A stretch of 54,161 bases of DNA from a bacterium (GTDB taxonomy: Bacteria; Sysuimicrobiota; Sysuimicrobiia; Sysuimicrobiales; Humicultoraceae): positions 1 through 54,161 of the forward strand of contig JBGQGY010000009.1 in the NCBI GenBank assembly GCA_041497675.1. The letters run 5' to 3'. Each line of letters begins with the position of its first letter. Within the stretch, counting starts at the first letter, position 1. The notes under the pieces were generated by a model that made no database searches, had not been told where the DNA came from, and worked only from the letters and a program-made list of their open reading frames with translations. The position numbers were made by a program, and so were the translations under genes. Shown here piece after piece: positions 9,521-18,994 of this stretch.

Positions 9521-10537
9521 GTGCTCTTCGGGCGATACCTCCTGCGGCGGTTGTTCCTGGCGGGGCCGGCGCTCCTGGGGGTATTGTTCATTACGTTTGC
9601 CCTGACGCGGATCATCCCGGGCAACCCGATCGACCGAATCGTCGGATTCTTCGTCACCGATGAGCGCCGCGCGGAGATCATGCGCGAGTACGGGCTCGAT
9701 CAGCCGTACCATGTGCAGTTCGTCCGCTACTTGGGCGGTCTGGTTCACGGCGACCTGGGGACATCGTTCCTGACCAGCCGGCCTGTTGTGGACGACCTGC
9801 GGCAGCGATTTCCGGCGACGCTGGAGTTGACGGTATCCGCCATGACCATTGCGGTGCTCGCGGCGGTGCCGCTGGGCGTTGTTTCGGCAGTCCGGAAGGG
9901 CTCATGGGTCGATCATCTGGGGCGGCTCCTATCCGTGATCGGCGTATCGATGCCGGTGTTCTGGCTCGGCCTGATACTCGTCTACATTTTCTTTTTTAAG
10001 CTCGGGATCGCGCCACCGCCGATCGGGCGGTTGGAACCGTCCGTTGCGGCGCCGCCAATCGTCACCGGTCTCGTGCTCGTTGACGCGCTGTTGGCGGGCA
10101 ACCTGGCGGCGTTGTGGAGCGGTCTCCGTGTCTTGACGCTGCCGGCATTCGTGCTGGGGTTCGCCGCGATGGCGCCGCTGGCGCGGATGGCCCGGTCGAG
10201 TATGATCGAGGCCCTCGACTCACCATATGTCCGCGCCGCCCGGGCGTTGGGACTACCCGCCCGCACGGTAATCGTGCGCCACGCGTTGAAGAACGCGCTG
10301 CTGCCCGTCGTGACGATGATCGCGGTCGTTTTCGGGTACCAGCTCGGCGGCGTCGTACTGATTGAGTCGATCTTTTCGTGGCCGGGGCTCGGTCAGTATG
10401 CCTTTAATGCAGCGGCTAACGCCGACTTCCCTGCGATTCAAGGGTTTATTCTATACGCCACAACCAGCTATATCGTGCTCTTCCTGATCGTCGACGTGCT
10501 CTATGGCGTCCTCGATCGTCGGGTCAGGTATCAGTAA
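9521..10537 (+). CDS. DppB-like ABC permease
   Basis: IPGNP, GDLGTS, YVRAARALGL, RHALKNA. Confidence 0.92.
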   Translation: MLFGRYLLRRLFLAGPALLGVLFITFALTRIIPGNPIDRIVGFFVTDERRAEIMREYGLDQPYHVQFVRYLGGLVHGDLGTSFLTSRPVVDDLRQRFPATLELTVSAMTIAVLAAVPLGVVSAVRKGSWVDHLGRLLSVIGVSMPVFWLGLILVYIFFFKLGIAPPPIGRLEPSVAAPPIVTGLVLVDALLAGNLAALWSGLRVLTLPAFVLGFAAMAPLARMARSSMIEALDSPYVRAARALGLPARTVIVRHALKNALLPVVTMIAVVFGYQLGGVVLIESIFSWPGLGQYAFNAAANADFPAIQGFILYATTSYIVLFLIVDVLYGVLDRRVRYQ

Positions 10538-11383
10538 GTGGCCGTGGGGCGCTTGGCGGGCGTAAGCTACGGGCTGCGCCGCAATCCCATCACGATCGTC
10601 GGGCTGGCGATGTTAGGGGCGCTCATATGCATTGCGCTGCTGGCGCCGGTGCTCGCGCTCCGCGACCCGTACGCCACCGATCCGACGACCGCCCTGCGCC
10701 CGCCTGGGCCGGGCCGGCCTTTCGGGACCGACACGTTCGGTCACGACATCTTCTCGCGCGTGCTGTACGGCGCGCGGATCGATCTGATCGTGGCTGCCGG
10801 GGCTGTGGGGGTCGCGATGGTCCTGGGGGGACTGCTGGGCGCGGTGGCCGGCTACGCGGGCGGGTGGCTCGACGACGGGATCATGCGGGTCATGGACATG
10901 CTGCAGGCCTTCCCCAACTTCATCCTCGCGATGGGGATTGCCGCGGCCCTGGGGCCCAGCCTCACAAACTTGATCATTGCGATTGGCCTGACGAACCTGC
11001 CGATCTACGCGCGTCTGGTGCGCAGCCGCCTGCTCACGCTGCGGGTCAGCGGATTCGCCCTGGCGGCAGTCAGCGTCGGGAATCCTGCCTGGCGCGTCCT
11101 GCTGATACACCTCCTCCCAAACAGCCTCGCCCCGGTCTTTGTTCAAGCCACGCTGCAATCTGGGTGGGCGATCCTGCAGGCCGCCGGATTGAGCTTCATC
11201 GGGCTCGGGGTCCGGGTGCCCACGCCTGAGTGGGGCGTCATGATCAGCATGGGTGTCCAGCAACTCACCTCGGGACACTGGTGGGTGTCGTTCTTCCCCG
11301 GGCTGGCCATCATGGTCTCGGTGATCTCGTTCAACCTCATCGGTGACGGGCTGCAGGATCTCCTCGATCCGAGGCGCCGATGA
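10538..11383 (+). CDS. DppC-like ABC permease
   Basis: FGTDTFGHDIFSR, PEWG, IGDGLQDLLDPR. Confidence 0.92.
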   Translation: MAVGRLAGVSYGLRRNPITIVGLAMLGALICIALLAPVLALRDPYATDPTTALRPPGPGRPFGTDTFGHDIFSRVLYGARIDLIVAAGAVGVAMVLGGLLGAVAGYAGGWLDDGIMRVMDMLQAFPNFILAMGIAAALGPSLTNLIIAIGLTNLPIYARLVRSRLLTLRVSGFALAAVSVGNPAWRVLLIHLLPNSLAPVFVQATLQSGWAILQAAGLSFIGLGVRVPTPEWGVMISMGVQQLTSGHWWVSFFPGLAIMVSVISFNLIGDGLQDLLDPRRR

Positions 11384-12354
11384 CCGAGCCCGTCCTGCAG
11401 ATCGAAAATCTGCACACGGTGTTCGACACGCCGTCCGGGATGGTGCGCGTCCTGCGGGGGCTGTCTCTGGCGATCCCTACCGGCCAGGCCGTCGGGATCG
11501 TAGGAGAGAGCGGGTCCGGCAAGACCGTTACCGCGCTGTCGATCATGCGGCTCATTCGCCCCCCCGGCCGCATCGTGAGTGGTCGGGTCTTCCTCCATGG
11601 ACGAGACCTGCTGGCAATGTCCGAACGGGAGATGGAACGGATCCGCGGACGCCAGATCGCCATGATCTTCCAGCAACCCCGCGAGTCGCTGAACCCGGTG
11701 CTCTCGGTTGGCACCCAGATGGCGATGGTGCTCGAGCGACACGTGGGGCTGACGGGCGGCGCGGCCACGGCGCGTTCGCGCGAGCTCCTGCGGCAAGTGG
11801 AACTCCCCGCTGCCGACCGCATTCTTCGCGCGTATCCGCATGAGCTCTCCGGCGGGATGTGCCAGCGCGTGATGATCGCGCTGTGTCTGGCGTGCGCGCC
11901 CGCGTTGCTGATCGCCGACGAGGCAACGACGGCGCTGGACGTGACGGTGCAGCTCCAAGTGCTCCGCCTACTGCGCAGGCTTCAGGCGGAGTTCGGGCTC
12001 ACGTTGATTGTCATCACGCACAACTTGGGCGTCGTGGCGGAACTGTGTCAGTGGGTTGCCGTGATGTACGCGGGCGAGCTCGCGGAATTTGCACCCGCGT
12101 CGGAGATCTTCAGAGCACCCCGGCATCCGTATACCGCACGGCTGTTGGCGTGCCGCCCCACGCGGGCCGCAGTAGGTCACTTGCCCGTCATCCCAGGCAC
12201 CGTTCCCGATCTAGTGACGCTGCCTGCTGGGTGTCCGTTTCACCCTCGGTGCCACCGGGCGGAGGTTATGTGCGCCGGCGAGCACCCGCCGCTTGCCGCC
12301 CTGGCACCGGACCATCAGGTCCGTTGCTTCTTCCCCGAAGAGGTTTCGGCGTGA
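11380..12354 (+). CDS. DppD-like ABC ATPase
   Basis: GESGSGKT, YPHELSGG, ADEATTALD, C-terminal Cys-rich oligo_HPY domain. Confidence 0.93.
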   Translation: MTEPVLQIENLHTVFDTPSGMVRVLRGLSLAIPTGQAVGIVGESGSGKTVTALSIMRLIRPPGRIVSGRVFLHGRDLLAMSEREMERIRGRQIAMIFQQPRESLNPVLSVGTQMAMVLERHVGLTGGAATARSRELLRQVELPAADRILRAYPHELSGGMCQRVMIALCLACAPALLIADEATTALDVTVQLQVLRLLRRLQAEFGLTLIVITHNLGVVAELCQWVAVMYAGELAEFAPASEIFRAPRHPYTARLLACRPTRAAVGHLPVIPGTVPDLVTLPAGCPFHPRCHRAEVMCAGEHPPLAALAPDHQVRCFFPEEVSA

Positions 12355-13358
12355 ACGTCCTCGTTGAGGTGATTGAGCTTCGCAAGCACTACGGCGTGTC
12401 CGCCGGCCTCTTCCGCCAGCAGATCCTGCCGGCCGTGGACGGCGTCTCCCTGACCGTGCGTCGTGGGGAGACCCTCGGCGTCGTCGGCGAGAGCGGGAGC
12501 GGGAAATCGACGCTCGGACGGTGCCTGCTTCGGTTGGAAGAACCGTCGGGCGGCCACGTCGTCTTCCGGGGAACCGACCTCATGACGCTCCCGGGGGGCC
12601 GCCTACGCGTCCTGCGCCGACACATGCAGATGGTCTTCCAGGATCCGGCCGACTCCCTTAACCCGCGGATGACCGCGGGGCAAACAGTCATGGAGCCGAT
12701 GGCGCTGCATGGACTGGCGTCGGGCGCTGCCGCACGGCAGCGCGCCGTCGAGCTGTTCGGACTCGTCGGTCTGTCCAACGTGCATCTGGACCGGTATCCG
12801 CACCAGCTCTCTGGAGGACAACAGCAGCGCGTGGCCATCGCGCGCGCGCTGGCGCCTGAGCCCGACTTTATTGTCCTCGATGAGCCGACCTCCGCGCTCG
12901 ATGTCTCGATCCAGGCACAACTGCTCAATCTCTTGCGAGACCTGCAAACACGGCTCGGCCTCAGCTACCTGTTTATCTCTCACGACCTGTCCGTCGTCCG
13001 GTACATGGCGAACCATGTCGCCGTCATGTATCTTGGGCGGATCATCGAAGAAGGACCGACCAACGCGCTGTTCGCCGATCCGCGCCATCCGTACACGCGC
13101 GCCTTGTTATCCGCCGTCCCTGTTGACTCGCCCGGCGAGCAGACACAGCGCATCGTGCTGCGCGGCGAGCCGCCGTCACCGCTCAGCGTCCCGCGCGGAT
13201 GCGCGTTTGCCCCGCGCTGCCCATGGGCCCGGGAGCGCTGCTATGCGGAACCTCAGGTCATGCAACCGGTGGGCGAGGACCATCGCGCAGCCTGCTGGCG
13301 CAGCGCGGCCGGTGAGATCGATTGGACCCAACCCGAACATGAAGAGCGAGGGGTTTGA
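12351..13358 (+). CDS. DppF-like ABC ATPase
   Basis: GTG start overlapping upstream TGA; GESGSGKS, YPHQLSGGQ, LDEPTSALD, HPYT. Confidence 0.92.
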   Translation: MNVLVEVIELRKHYGVSAGLFRQQILPAVDGVSLTVRRGETLGVVGESGSGKSTLGRCLLRLEEPSGGHVVFRGTDLMTLPGGRLRVLRRHMQMVFQDPADSLNPRMTAGQTVMEPMALHGLASGAAARQRAVELFGLVGLSNVHLDRYPHQLSGGQQQRVAIARALAPEPDFIVLDEPTSALDVSIQAQLLNLLRDLQTRLGLSYLFISHDLSVVRYMANHVAVMYLGRIIEEGPTNALFADPRHPYTRALLSAVPVDSPGEQTQRIVLRGEPPSPLSVPRGCAFAPRCPWARERCYAEPQVMQPVGEDHRAACWRSAAGEIDWTQPEHEERGV

Positions 13359-13362
13359 CGAC

Positions 13363-15402
13363 ATGGGGCATCGAGTCGCCGTCGACATCGGCGGCACGTT
13401 CACCGATCTTGTTGCGGTTGAGGAGGGGACCGGTCGGCTGATCGAGGCGAAGGTCCTGACGACCCCGCGCTCACCCGGGACCGGGGTGCTGGACGCGGTG
13501 GCGCGAAGCACGATTCCCCCCGAGGCGATCGCCCACTTCCTCCACGGCACGACCCTGGTGATCAACGCGCTGACCGAGCGCAGGGGGGCGCGCGTCGCGC
13601 TCATGACGACGCACGGCTTTGGCGATCTGATGGAGATTCAGCGCTGCAACCGGCGCGACATGTACAACCTGCGCTATGCGAAGCCGCGCTCGTTCGTGCC
13701 GCGCAGCCGGGTCTGGGAAATCCGCGAGCGCGTGACGACGGGCGGAGAGACGCTGGTGCCGATGGATGATGAGGACGTACGGTCGGCCGCGCGCGCATGC
13801 GCCGCGGCGGGCGCGGAGGCTGTAGCGGTGTGCTTCCTGAACGCGTACGCGAATCCCCGGCACGAAGTGCGCTGCCGCGAGATCGTGCGCGAGATCCTGC
13901 CGGATGTACCCGTGACGATCTCGAACGAACTGACGCGCGAGTGGCGGGAATATGAGAGGTGCTCGACCGCAGTCCTGAATGCGTATGTCCAGCCGCTCAT
14001 GAGCACGTATCTGGCGGAGATGGACGATGCGCTCACCGCCCGCGGGATCCGGGGACCGCGGCACGTGATGCAGTCCAACGGCCGGGTGACCACATTCCTC
14101 GGCGCGGCCGCCCGGCCGATCACGCTGGTGGAGTCCGGGCCCGTGGCCGGCGTGATCGGCGCGGTCGCTGTAGGAGCGGCACTGGGAATCGCCGACCTGA
14201 TCAGCCTCGACATCGGGGGCACGACCGCCAAGGCGTCGCTGATCAGGGGCGGGCGGCCCACCCTGCACACCGACTATTACATCGAACGCGACCGTGTCAG
14301 GTCGGGTTACCCGATCAAGATTCCAACCGTAGATATCGTCGAGGCCGGTGCGGGTGGCGGCTCGATCGCGCGGCTCGACGCGGGCGGGCGCCTACTGGTC
14401 GGCCCGCAGAGCGCAGGTGCGGATCCCGGACCGGCCTGCTACGGGCGCGGCGGGCTCGATCCCACCGTGACGGACGCTTTTCTGGTCACCGGTGTGCTCG
14501 ACCCGCACTATTTTCTCGGCGGCACCCTGCCGCTGGATGTCGAGGCCGCGGTGGAAGCCTACGCGCGACTGGCGCGCTCGCTTCGGGCGAGCGTCGAAGA
14601 GACCGCGCTTGGGGTCATCCGCCTCGCCACCACGAATATGGCGAACACCCTGCGGCTGGTCTCAGTGCACCGGGGCCACGACCCTCGCGATCTCGCGCTA
14701 CTGGTTATGGGCGGCGGAGGGCCGATGCACGCGTCGGTGCTGGCCCGGGAACTGGGGATGCGTCTCGTGATCGTGCCCCCGCGCGCCGGGGTCTTCTCCG
14801 CGTTCGGGATGCTCCACGCCGATATCGGGCTCGACCTCATCCGTACCAGGCTGCTCCGGCTCAGAGACACGGGTGCCCGCGCAACGATTGCCGCGGTTTT
14901 TGACGAGATGGTTACCAGCGCTCTGGACGCGCTGGCCGCGTCCGGTGTCGACGGGGCGGGCCCGCTGTTCTCGATGTCGCTGGACATGCGGTACAAAGGT
15001 CAGGAGCACACGGTCGAGGTCGCGGTCCCAGCGGACGGCGATCCCGCGGTGCTGACGGAGCGATTCCATGAGGCGCACGAGCACCGGTACACGTTCCGGC
15101 TCGCCGATCCGGTTGAGGTGGTGAACTTCCGCCTGGCGGCTGTGGTGACGCAATCGCGGCCCGCGCCTCCACACGTGCAGCCGTCTGCGGTCGTGGAATC
15201 CGTCAGGTATCGATCGGTGTGGCTCACGTCGAATGTCGTGCGCACGTCGATCTTCCGCCGTGACATGTTGGGGGCAGGCGCGACAATCGATGGGCCGGCC
15301 ATCGTGGAGGAAGCGGCGACGACAACGGTCGTCCTGCCCGGTGATCGGCTGGAGGTGCACCCGTCGGGCAGCTTGCTGATCCACATCGGAGGGGACCGGT
15401 GA
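13363..15402 (+). CDS. Hydantoinase A / 5-oxoprolinase family, ATP-binding subunit
   Basis: VDIGGTFTD, HGTT, ESGP, DIGGT, GAGGGS, SAGADPGPACYG; ORF-track start 12709 is over-extended. Confidence 0.93.
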   Translation: MGHRVAVDIGGTFTDLVAVEEGTGRLIEAKVLTTPRSPGTGVLDAVARSTIPPEAIAHFLHGTTLVINALTERRGARVALMTTHGFGDLMEIQRCNRRDMYNLRYAKPRSFVPRSRVWEIRERVTTGGETLVPMDDEDVRSAARACAAAGAEAVAVCFLNAYANPRHEVRCREIVREILPDVPVTISNELTREWREYERCSTAVLNAYVQPLMSTYLAEMDDALTARGIRGPRHVMQSNGRVTTFLGAAARPITLVESGPVAGVIGAVAVGAALGIADLISLDIGGTTAKASLIRGGRPTLHTDYYIERDRVRSGYPIKIPTVDIVEAGAGGGSIARLDAGGRLLVGPQSAGADPGPACYGRGGLDPTVTDAFLVTGVLDPHYFLGGTLPLDVEAAVEAYARLARSLRASVEETALGVIRLATTNMANTLRLVSVHRGHDPRDLALLVMGGGGPMHASVLARELGMRLVIVPPRAGVFSAFGMLHADIGLDLIRTRLLRLRDTGARATIAAVFDEMVTSALDALAASGVDGAGPLFSMSLDMRYKGQEHTVEVAVPADGDPAVLTERFHEAHEHRYTFRLADPVEVVNFRLAAVVTQSRPAPPHVQPSAVVESVRYRSVWLTSNVVRTSIFRRDMLGAGATIDGPAIVEEAATTTVVLPGDRLEVHPSGSLLIHIGGDR

Positions 15403-17147
15403 TGGATCTTTTCACCCTGGAGATCATCGAGAACGGGCTCATGGCTGCGGCCGAGGAGATGTTTGCGGTGTGGGGCCGTACGGCCAAGAGTCCCGTCATC
15501 TACGAGGTGTTGGACTACGGCTGCGGCATTACCGATTGGCGGGGCGAGTTGGTCGCCATCGCCGCCGGCATCCCGACCTTCCTCGGGACCCTCGACCTGG
15601 CGACGCGCGAGGCCATCGAACGCCACACCCTTGAGGGCTTCGAGGATGGCGACATCATCATCAGCAACATCCCGTACCGCAGTGGCACGCACCTCAATGA
15701 CGTGACGCTCATCATGCCGGTCTTTGTCGGTGGGCGGCTGTTGGCGTTTGCGGCGAGCAAGGGTCACTGGAGCGAGATCGGCGGGATGCACTTTGGCAGC
15801 TGGTCCCCATCATCCACCGAGATCTATCAGGAAGGACTGCAGTTTCCGGCGGTCAAGCTGTTCCGCGCCGGGAGACCGAACGCCGATCTCATCGACGTCA
15901 TCCGGCAGAACGTGCGTACGCCCGACCTGACGATGGGCGACATGGAAGGCCAGATTGCCTCCGTCCGGGTGGGCGCCGCGGCGATCGGGCGGCTGGTGGC
16001 GAAGTACGGCGCCGACGCGGTCCGCGAGGCGATGACACTCGTCTGGCAGCGCGGCCGCCAACAGGCGCTGGCGGCGCTCGCCGGCATGCCGCACGGCACG
16101 TACAGTGCCGAGGACTGGATCGACGACGACGGCATCACCGATGACCCGCTATACGTCCGCGTGCGGGTGGACCTCCGGCCCGACGGCGCGACCTTCGACT
16201 TCACGGGCTCGGCCCCGCAGGCGCGCGGACCGATCAACTCCCCGTTCGGTGGGACGATCTCCACATCCCGGGTCATCCTGAAAGCGGTGCTCAACCCGCA
16301 CGACCCCTCGACCGGTGGCGACTTCAGCGTGCTCACCGTCGTGGCGCCGGAGGGATCCGTGTTTAACCCCAGACCACCGGCGCCGGTAGCGACGAACTGG
16401 GAGGGTCGATCGTACGTTGGTGATCTGGTCTGGAAGGCCCTCTGCGAGGCGCTGCCGGACCGCCTGGTCGCGGGTAACTACAACAGCGTGTGCGCCACCA
16501 TCGTTGGAGGACGTGATGACCGCACGGGCGAGCTTTTTGCCGTCGTGGAGCCGCAGCCCGGCGGCTGGGGCGGCGGGGAGGGTAAGGACGGCGAGAGCGG
16601 CATGTTCTATCTCGGCAACGGCGAGACGTACGCCATGCCCGTGGAAGTGTTGGAGGCGCGAACACCGATGCGATTCGAGCGCTACATGTTCGACCGTGAA
16701 GCGGCGCGGGGGGCGGGCCGGTCTCGCGGCGGTCTGGGAGTCGTCAAAGAGTACCGCATTGTCAACAGCGAAGCGACTTTTACGGCATCCTTCGGTCGCT
16801 CGAAGTTCCCCGCGTGGGGTGCTGCCGGAGGCGAAGGCGGTTCTCCAAACTACTTCGTGGTGGAGAGGGCAGGCGAACCGCCTCGCCGTCTGAGCAAGGC
16901 CACTGCGCTCCGGTTGACCCGAGGCGATCTGATCCAGATGCACACCGGTAGCGGGGGCGGATTCGGTGACCCGTTGGAGCGAGATCCGGAGCAGGTGGCC
17001 GCGGACGTGCGGGAAAGCTTTGTCTCAGCCGACCGGGCGCGGGAAGTCTACGGCGTGGTGCTGACCGACGACGGTCGCGTGGACGGGGTGGCCACGGCGG
17101 CGATGCGCGCAAGGCTGCGGAGACCAGGTCATGCGTCTCCAGGCTAA
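15399..17147 (+). CDS. Hydantoinase B / 5-oxoprolinase family subunit
   Basis: GTHLND, HWSEIGG, IYQEGL, GGGFGDP motifs. Confidence 0.93.
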   Translation: MMDLFTLEIIENGLMAAAEEMFAVWGRTAKSPVIYEVLDYGCGITDWRGELVAIAAGIPTFLGTLDLATREAIERHTLEGFEDGDIIISNIPYRSGTHLNDVTLIMPVFVGGRLLAFAASKGHWSEIGGMHFGSWSPSSTEIYQEGLQFPAVKLFRAGRPNADLIDVIRQNVRTPDLTMGDMEGQIASVRVGAAAIGRLVAKYGADAVREAMTLVWQRGRQQALAALAGMPHGTYSAEDWIDDDGITDDPLYVRVRVDLRPDGATFDFTGSAPQARGPINSPFGGTISTSRVILKAVLNPHDPSTGGDFSVLTVVAPEGSVFNPRPPAPVATNWEGRSYVGDLVWKALCEALPDRLVAGNYNSVCATIVGGRDDRTGELFAVVEPQPGGWGGGEGKDGESGMFYLGNGETYAMPVEVLEARTPMRFERYMFDREAARGAGRSRGGLGVVKEYRIVNSEATFTASFGRSKFPAWGAAGGEGGSPNYFVVERAGEPPRRLSKATALRLTRGDLIQMHTGSGGGFGDPLERDPEQVAADVRESFVSADRAREVYGVVLTDDGRVDGVATAAMRARLRRPGHASPG

Positions 17148-17913
17148 ACGGCCCGTCCGGGTAGGGACACACCTGCTGGGCGGCCCGGCGGTGCTCACGT
17201 GTGTGCCGCTGCTGCCGCACGATCGGAAGACGCTGCTTGATCAGGCCGCCCGATTGGGGGCGATGCGCCCCGATTGCATCGAGTGGCGGGCCGACTCCTA
17301 TCACGGCCTCGAACCCCGCGACGTCCCTGAACTCGTCAAACTGGTCTCGGCCGCGGCGCTCTGTCCCCTCCTGATCACCAACCGTCTGCAAAGCGAGGGC
17401 GGCGCCGCCGCGCAAGACGAGGATCGCCGGCTCGCCATCCTCGAGGCCGCGGCGGGCACCGGCGTCCCAGCGATGGTCGATATCGAAATGATGACCGAGG
17501 CGCGTCTCGCCGCTCCGGTCATCGAGGCCGCGCGCGGGGCGGGCGTCGCGGTCGTCCGTTCGTGGCACGATCTCTCCGGCACGCCGTCGCAGCAGACCGT
17601 GCTCGGCGCGCTACGGGCGATGCAAGACGCCTTCGCGGACGTGGCGAAAGTCGTGACGACGCCGGTCATCCCCGAGGACGTCCTGATGCTCCTGGGTGCG
17701 GGCCTCCTGGCGCGCCGCATGTTCCTGGAGATCCCGTGCGTGCTCATGTCGATGGGCCCGCTCGGCGCGGTGGGCAGGTTTGGAGGGCACTTCGGTTCGG
17801 ACCTGACGTTTGCCGTGGGGCTTGAGGCATCGGCGCCGGGCCAGATGGATCTCGATCTCGTGCGCCGGGTCCTGGTGGCGCTGGGTCTCCGCGCGCCCGC
17901 GGGCGAGCCGTAG
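17131..17913 (+). CDS. aroD: Type I 3-dehydroquinate dehydratase
   Basis: IEWRAD, TNR..EGG, SWHD (catalytic His), VAK (Schiff-base Lys), MSMG..G...R, APGQ. Confidence 0.82.
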   Translation: MRLQAKRPVRVGTHLLGGPAVLTCVPLLPHDRKTLLDQAARLGAMRPDCIEWRADSYHGLEPRDVPELVKLVSAAALCPLLITNRLQSEGGAAAQDEDRRLAILEAAAGTGVPAMVDIEMMTEARLAAPVIEAARGAGVAVVRSWHDLSGTPSQQTVLGALRAMQDAFADVAKVVTTPVIPEDVLMLLGAGLLARRMFLEIPCVLMSMGPLGAVGRFGGHFGSDLTFAVGLEASAPGQMDLDLVRRVLVALGLRAPAGEP

Positions 17914-17925
17914 CGATGGGGGGCG

Positions 17926-18831
17926 TTATGCGATGTACAGTACGACGACCGCCGCCACGGCCCAGAGCGCCACGGTGACTAATAGCGGAACGTCGGAGAA
18001 CATCGACTCGTCCGGGCTACTTTCCTCGGGCCGCTTGTAGACCAGATAGAGGTAACGAAACACACCGTAGATGACGAGCGGGCTCGTGGCCATCAACAGA
18101 TGCGGTTTGGCTGAATCCTTCGAGTACAGGAAGTATGTGATGATGATGGCCGCGCTCAAGGCGGCGAGTATCTGATCGAGCAATTGCGTCGAGTACTCTG
18201 TCAACACGCCACGGTACGAGACCGCTTCGTCCAGCGCCACCAGTTCGTGCCGGCGTTTCGCGGCGGCGAGGAACAATGACAGCAGGGGAACGCAGACCAG
18301 AAACCACAGCGACAGTTCGACGTGGATCGCTTCTGCCCCGGCGACCGCGCGGAGCACGTATCCTGCGGCAATGGCCATGATGTCCAAGAGCACATAGCGC
18401 TTGAGCGCCAGCGAATAGAGTACGTTCAGACACAGATAGAGCGTGATGAGCAGCCCGACCGTCGGGTCGACGGCGGTGCCGAGCGCGAGTGCGGCGGCCG
18501 CGAGAATCGCCGCCGTGATCTTTGCCTGCAGGGGGCTGATCAGCCCCATCGCCACCGGCCGGAAGCGCTTCTTGGGATGCCGTTGGTCCTTCTCGGCGTC
18601 GACGGAATCGTTGAGACTGTACGCCGCGGACGAGGCGAGACAGAACCCGATAAAGGTGAGGATCGTCAGTTCGGCCGAAGCAATATCCGTGAGCCGCCCA
18701 GAGAAGAGCAGCGCGGCGAATACCAGGCCGTTCTTCACCCACTGCCGCGGGCGCAGGAGCCGGCGAAATGCCCACGCCCGCTTCCTGACGAACGAAAAAA
18801 CCGTCAGCGGTCTCTCAGCTGCATTTCCCAT
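17926..18831 (-). CDS. UbiA-family prenyltransferase (decaprenyl-phosphate phosphoribosyltransferase-like)
   Basis: LRPRQWVKN, NDSVDAEKDQRHPKKRFRP, YSLALK, KRRHEL motifs; multiple TM helices. Confidence 0.88.
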   Translation of the reverse strand: MGNAAERPLTVFSFVRKRAWAFRRLLRPRQWVKNGLVFAALLFSGRLTDIASAELTILTFIGFCLASSAAYSLNDSVDAEKDQRHPKKRFRPVAMGLISPLQAKITAAILAAAALALGTAVDPTVGLLITLYLCLNVLYSLALKRYVLLDIMAIAAGYVLRAVAGAEAIHVELSLWFLVCVPLLSLFLAAAKRRHELVALDEAVSYRGVLTEYSTQLLDQILAALSAAIIITYFLYSKDSAKPHLLMATSPLVIYGVFRYLYLVYKRPEESSPDESMFSDVPLLVTVALWAVAAVVVLYIA

Positions 18832-18840
18832 GACATCACC

Positions 18841-18869
18841 AGAATAGGATGAAAGAACGGGGCGGGCAA
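18841..18869 (-). promoter_or_regulatory. Putative sigma-70 promoter of the UbiA-family gene (near-leaderless)
   Basis: Minus strand TTGCCC (18869-18864), 17 nt, TATTCT (18846-18841); ATG 9 nt later, no SD. Confidence 0.5.
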
Positions 18870-18994
18870 CAACGGGTTCGTCCCCGCGGAAACTATGCCC
18901 GCGGGTCACCCCGCCCAGACCTCACGGAGGCGCCTTCGGGGGAGTCCCGGCCCGGCCAATAGAAATGAACACAGCCGGAATGAGGGGGCAGGGT

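Noticed and set aside
12709..13362. N-terminal extension giving an 897-aa hydantoinase
   Set aside because: Overlaps the DppF gene in another frame; family homology starts at ATG 13363
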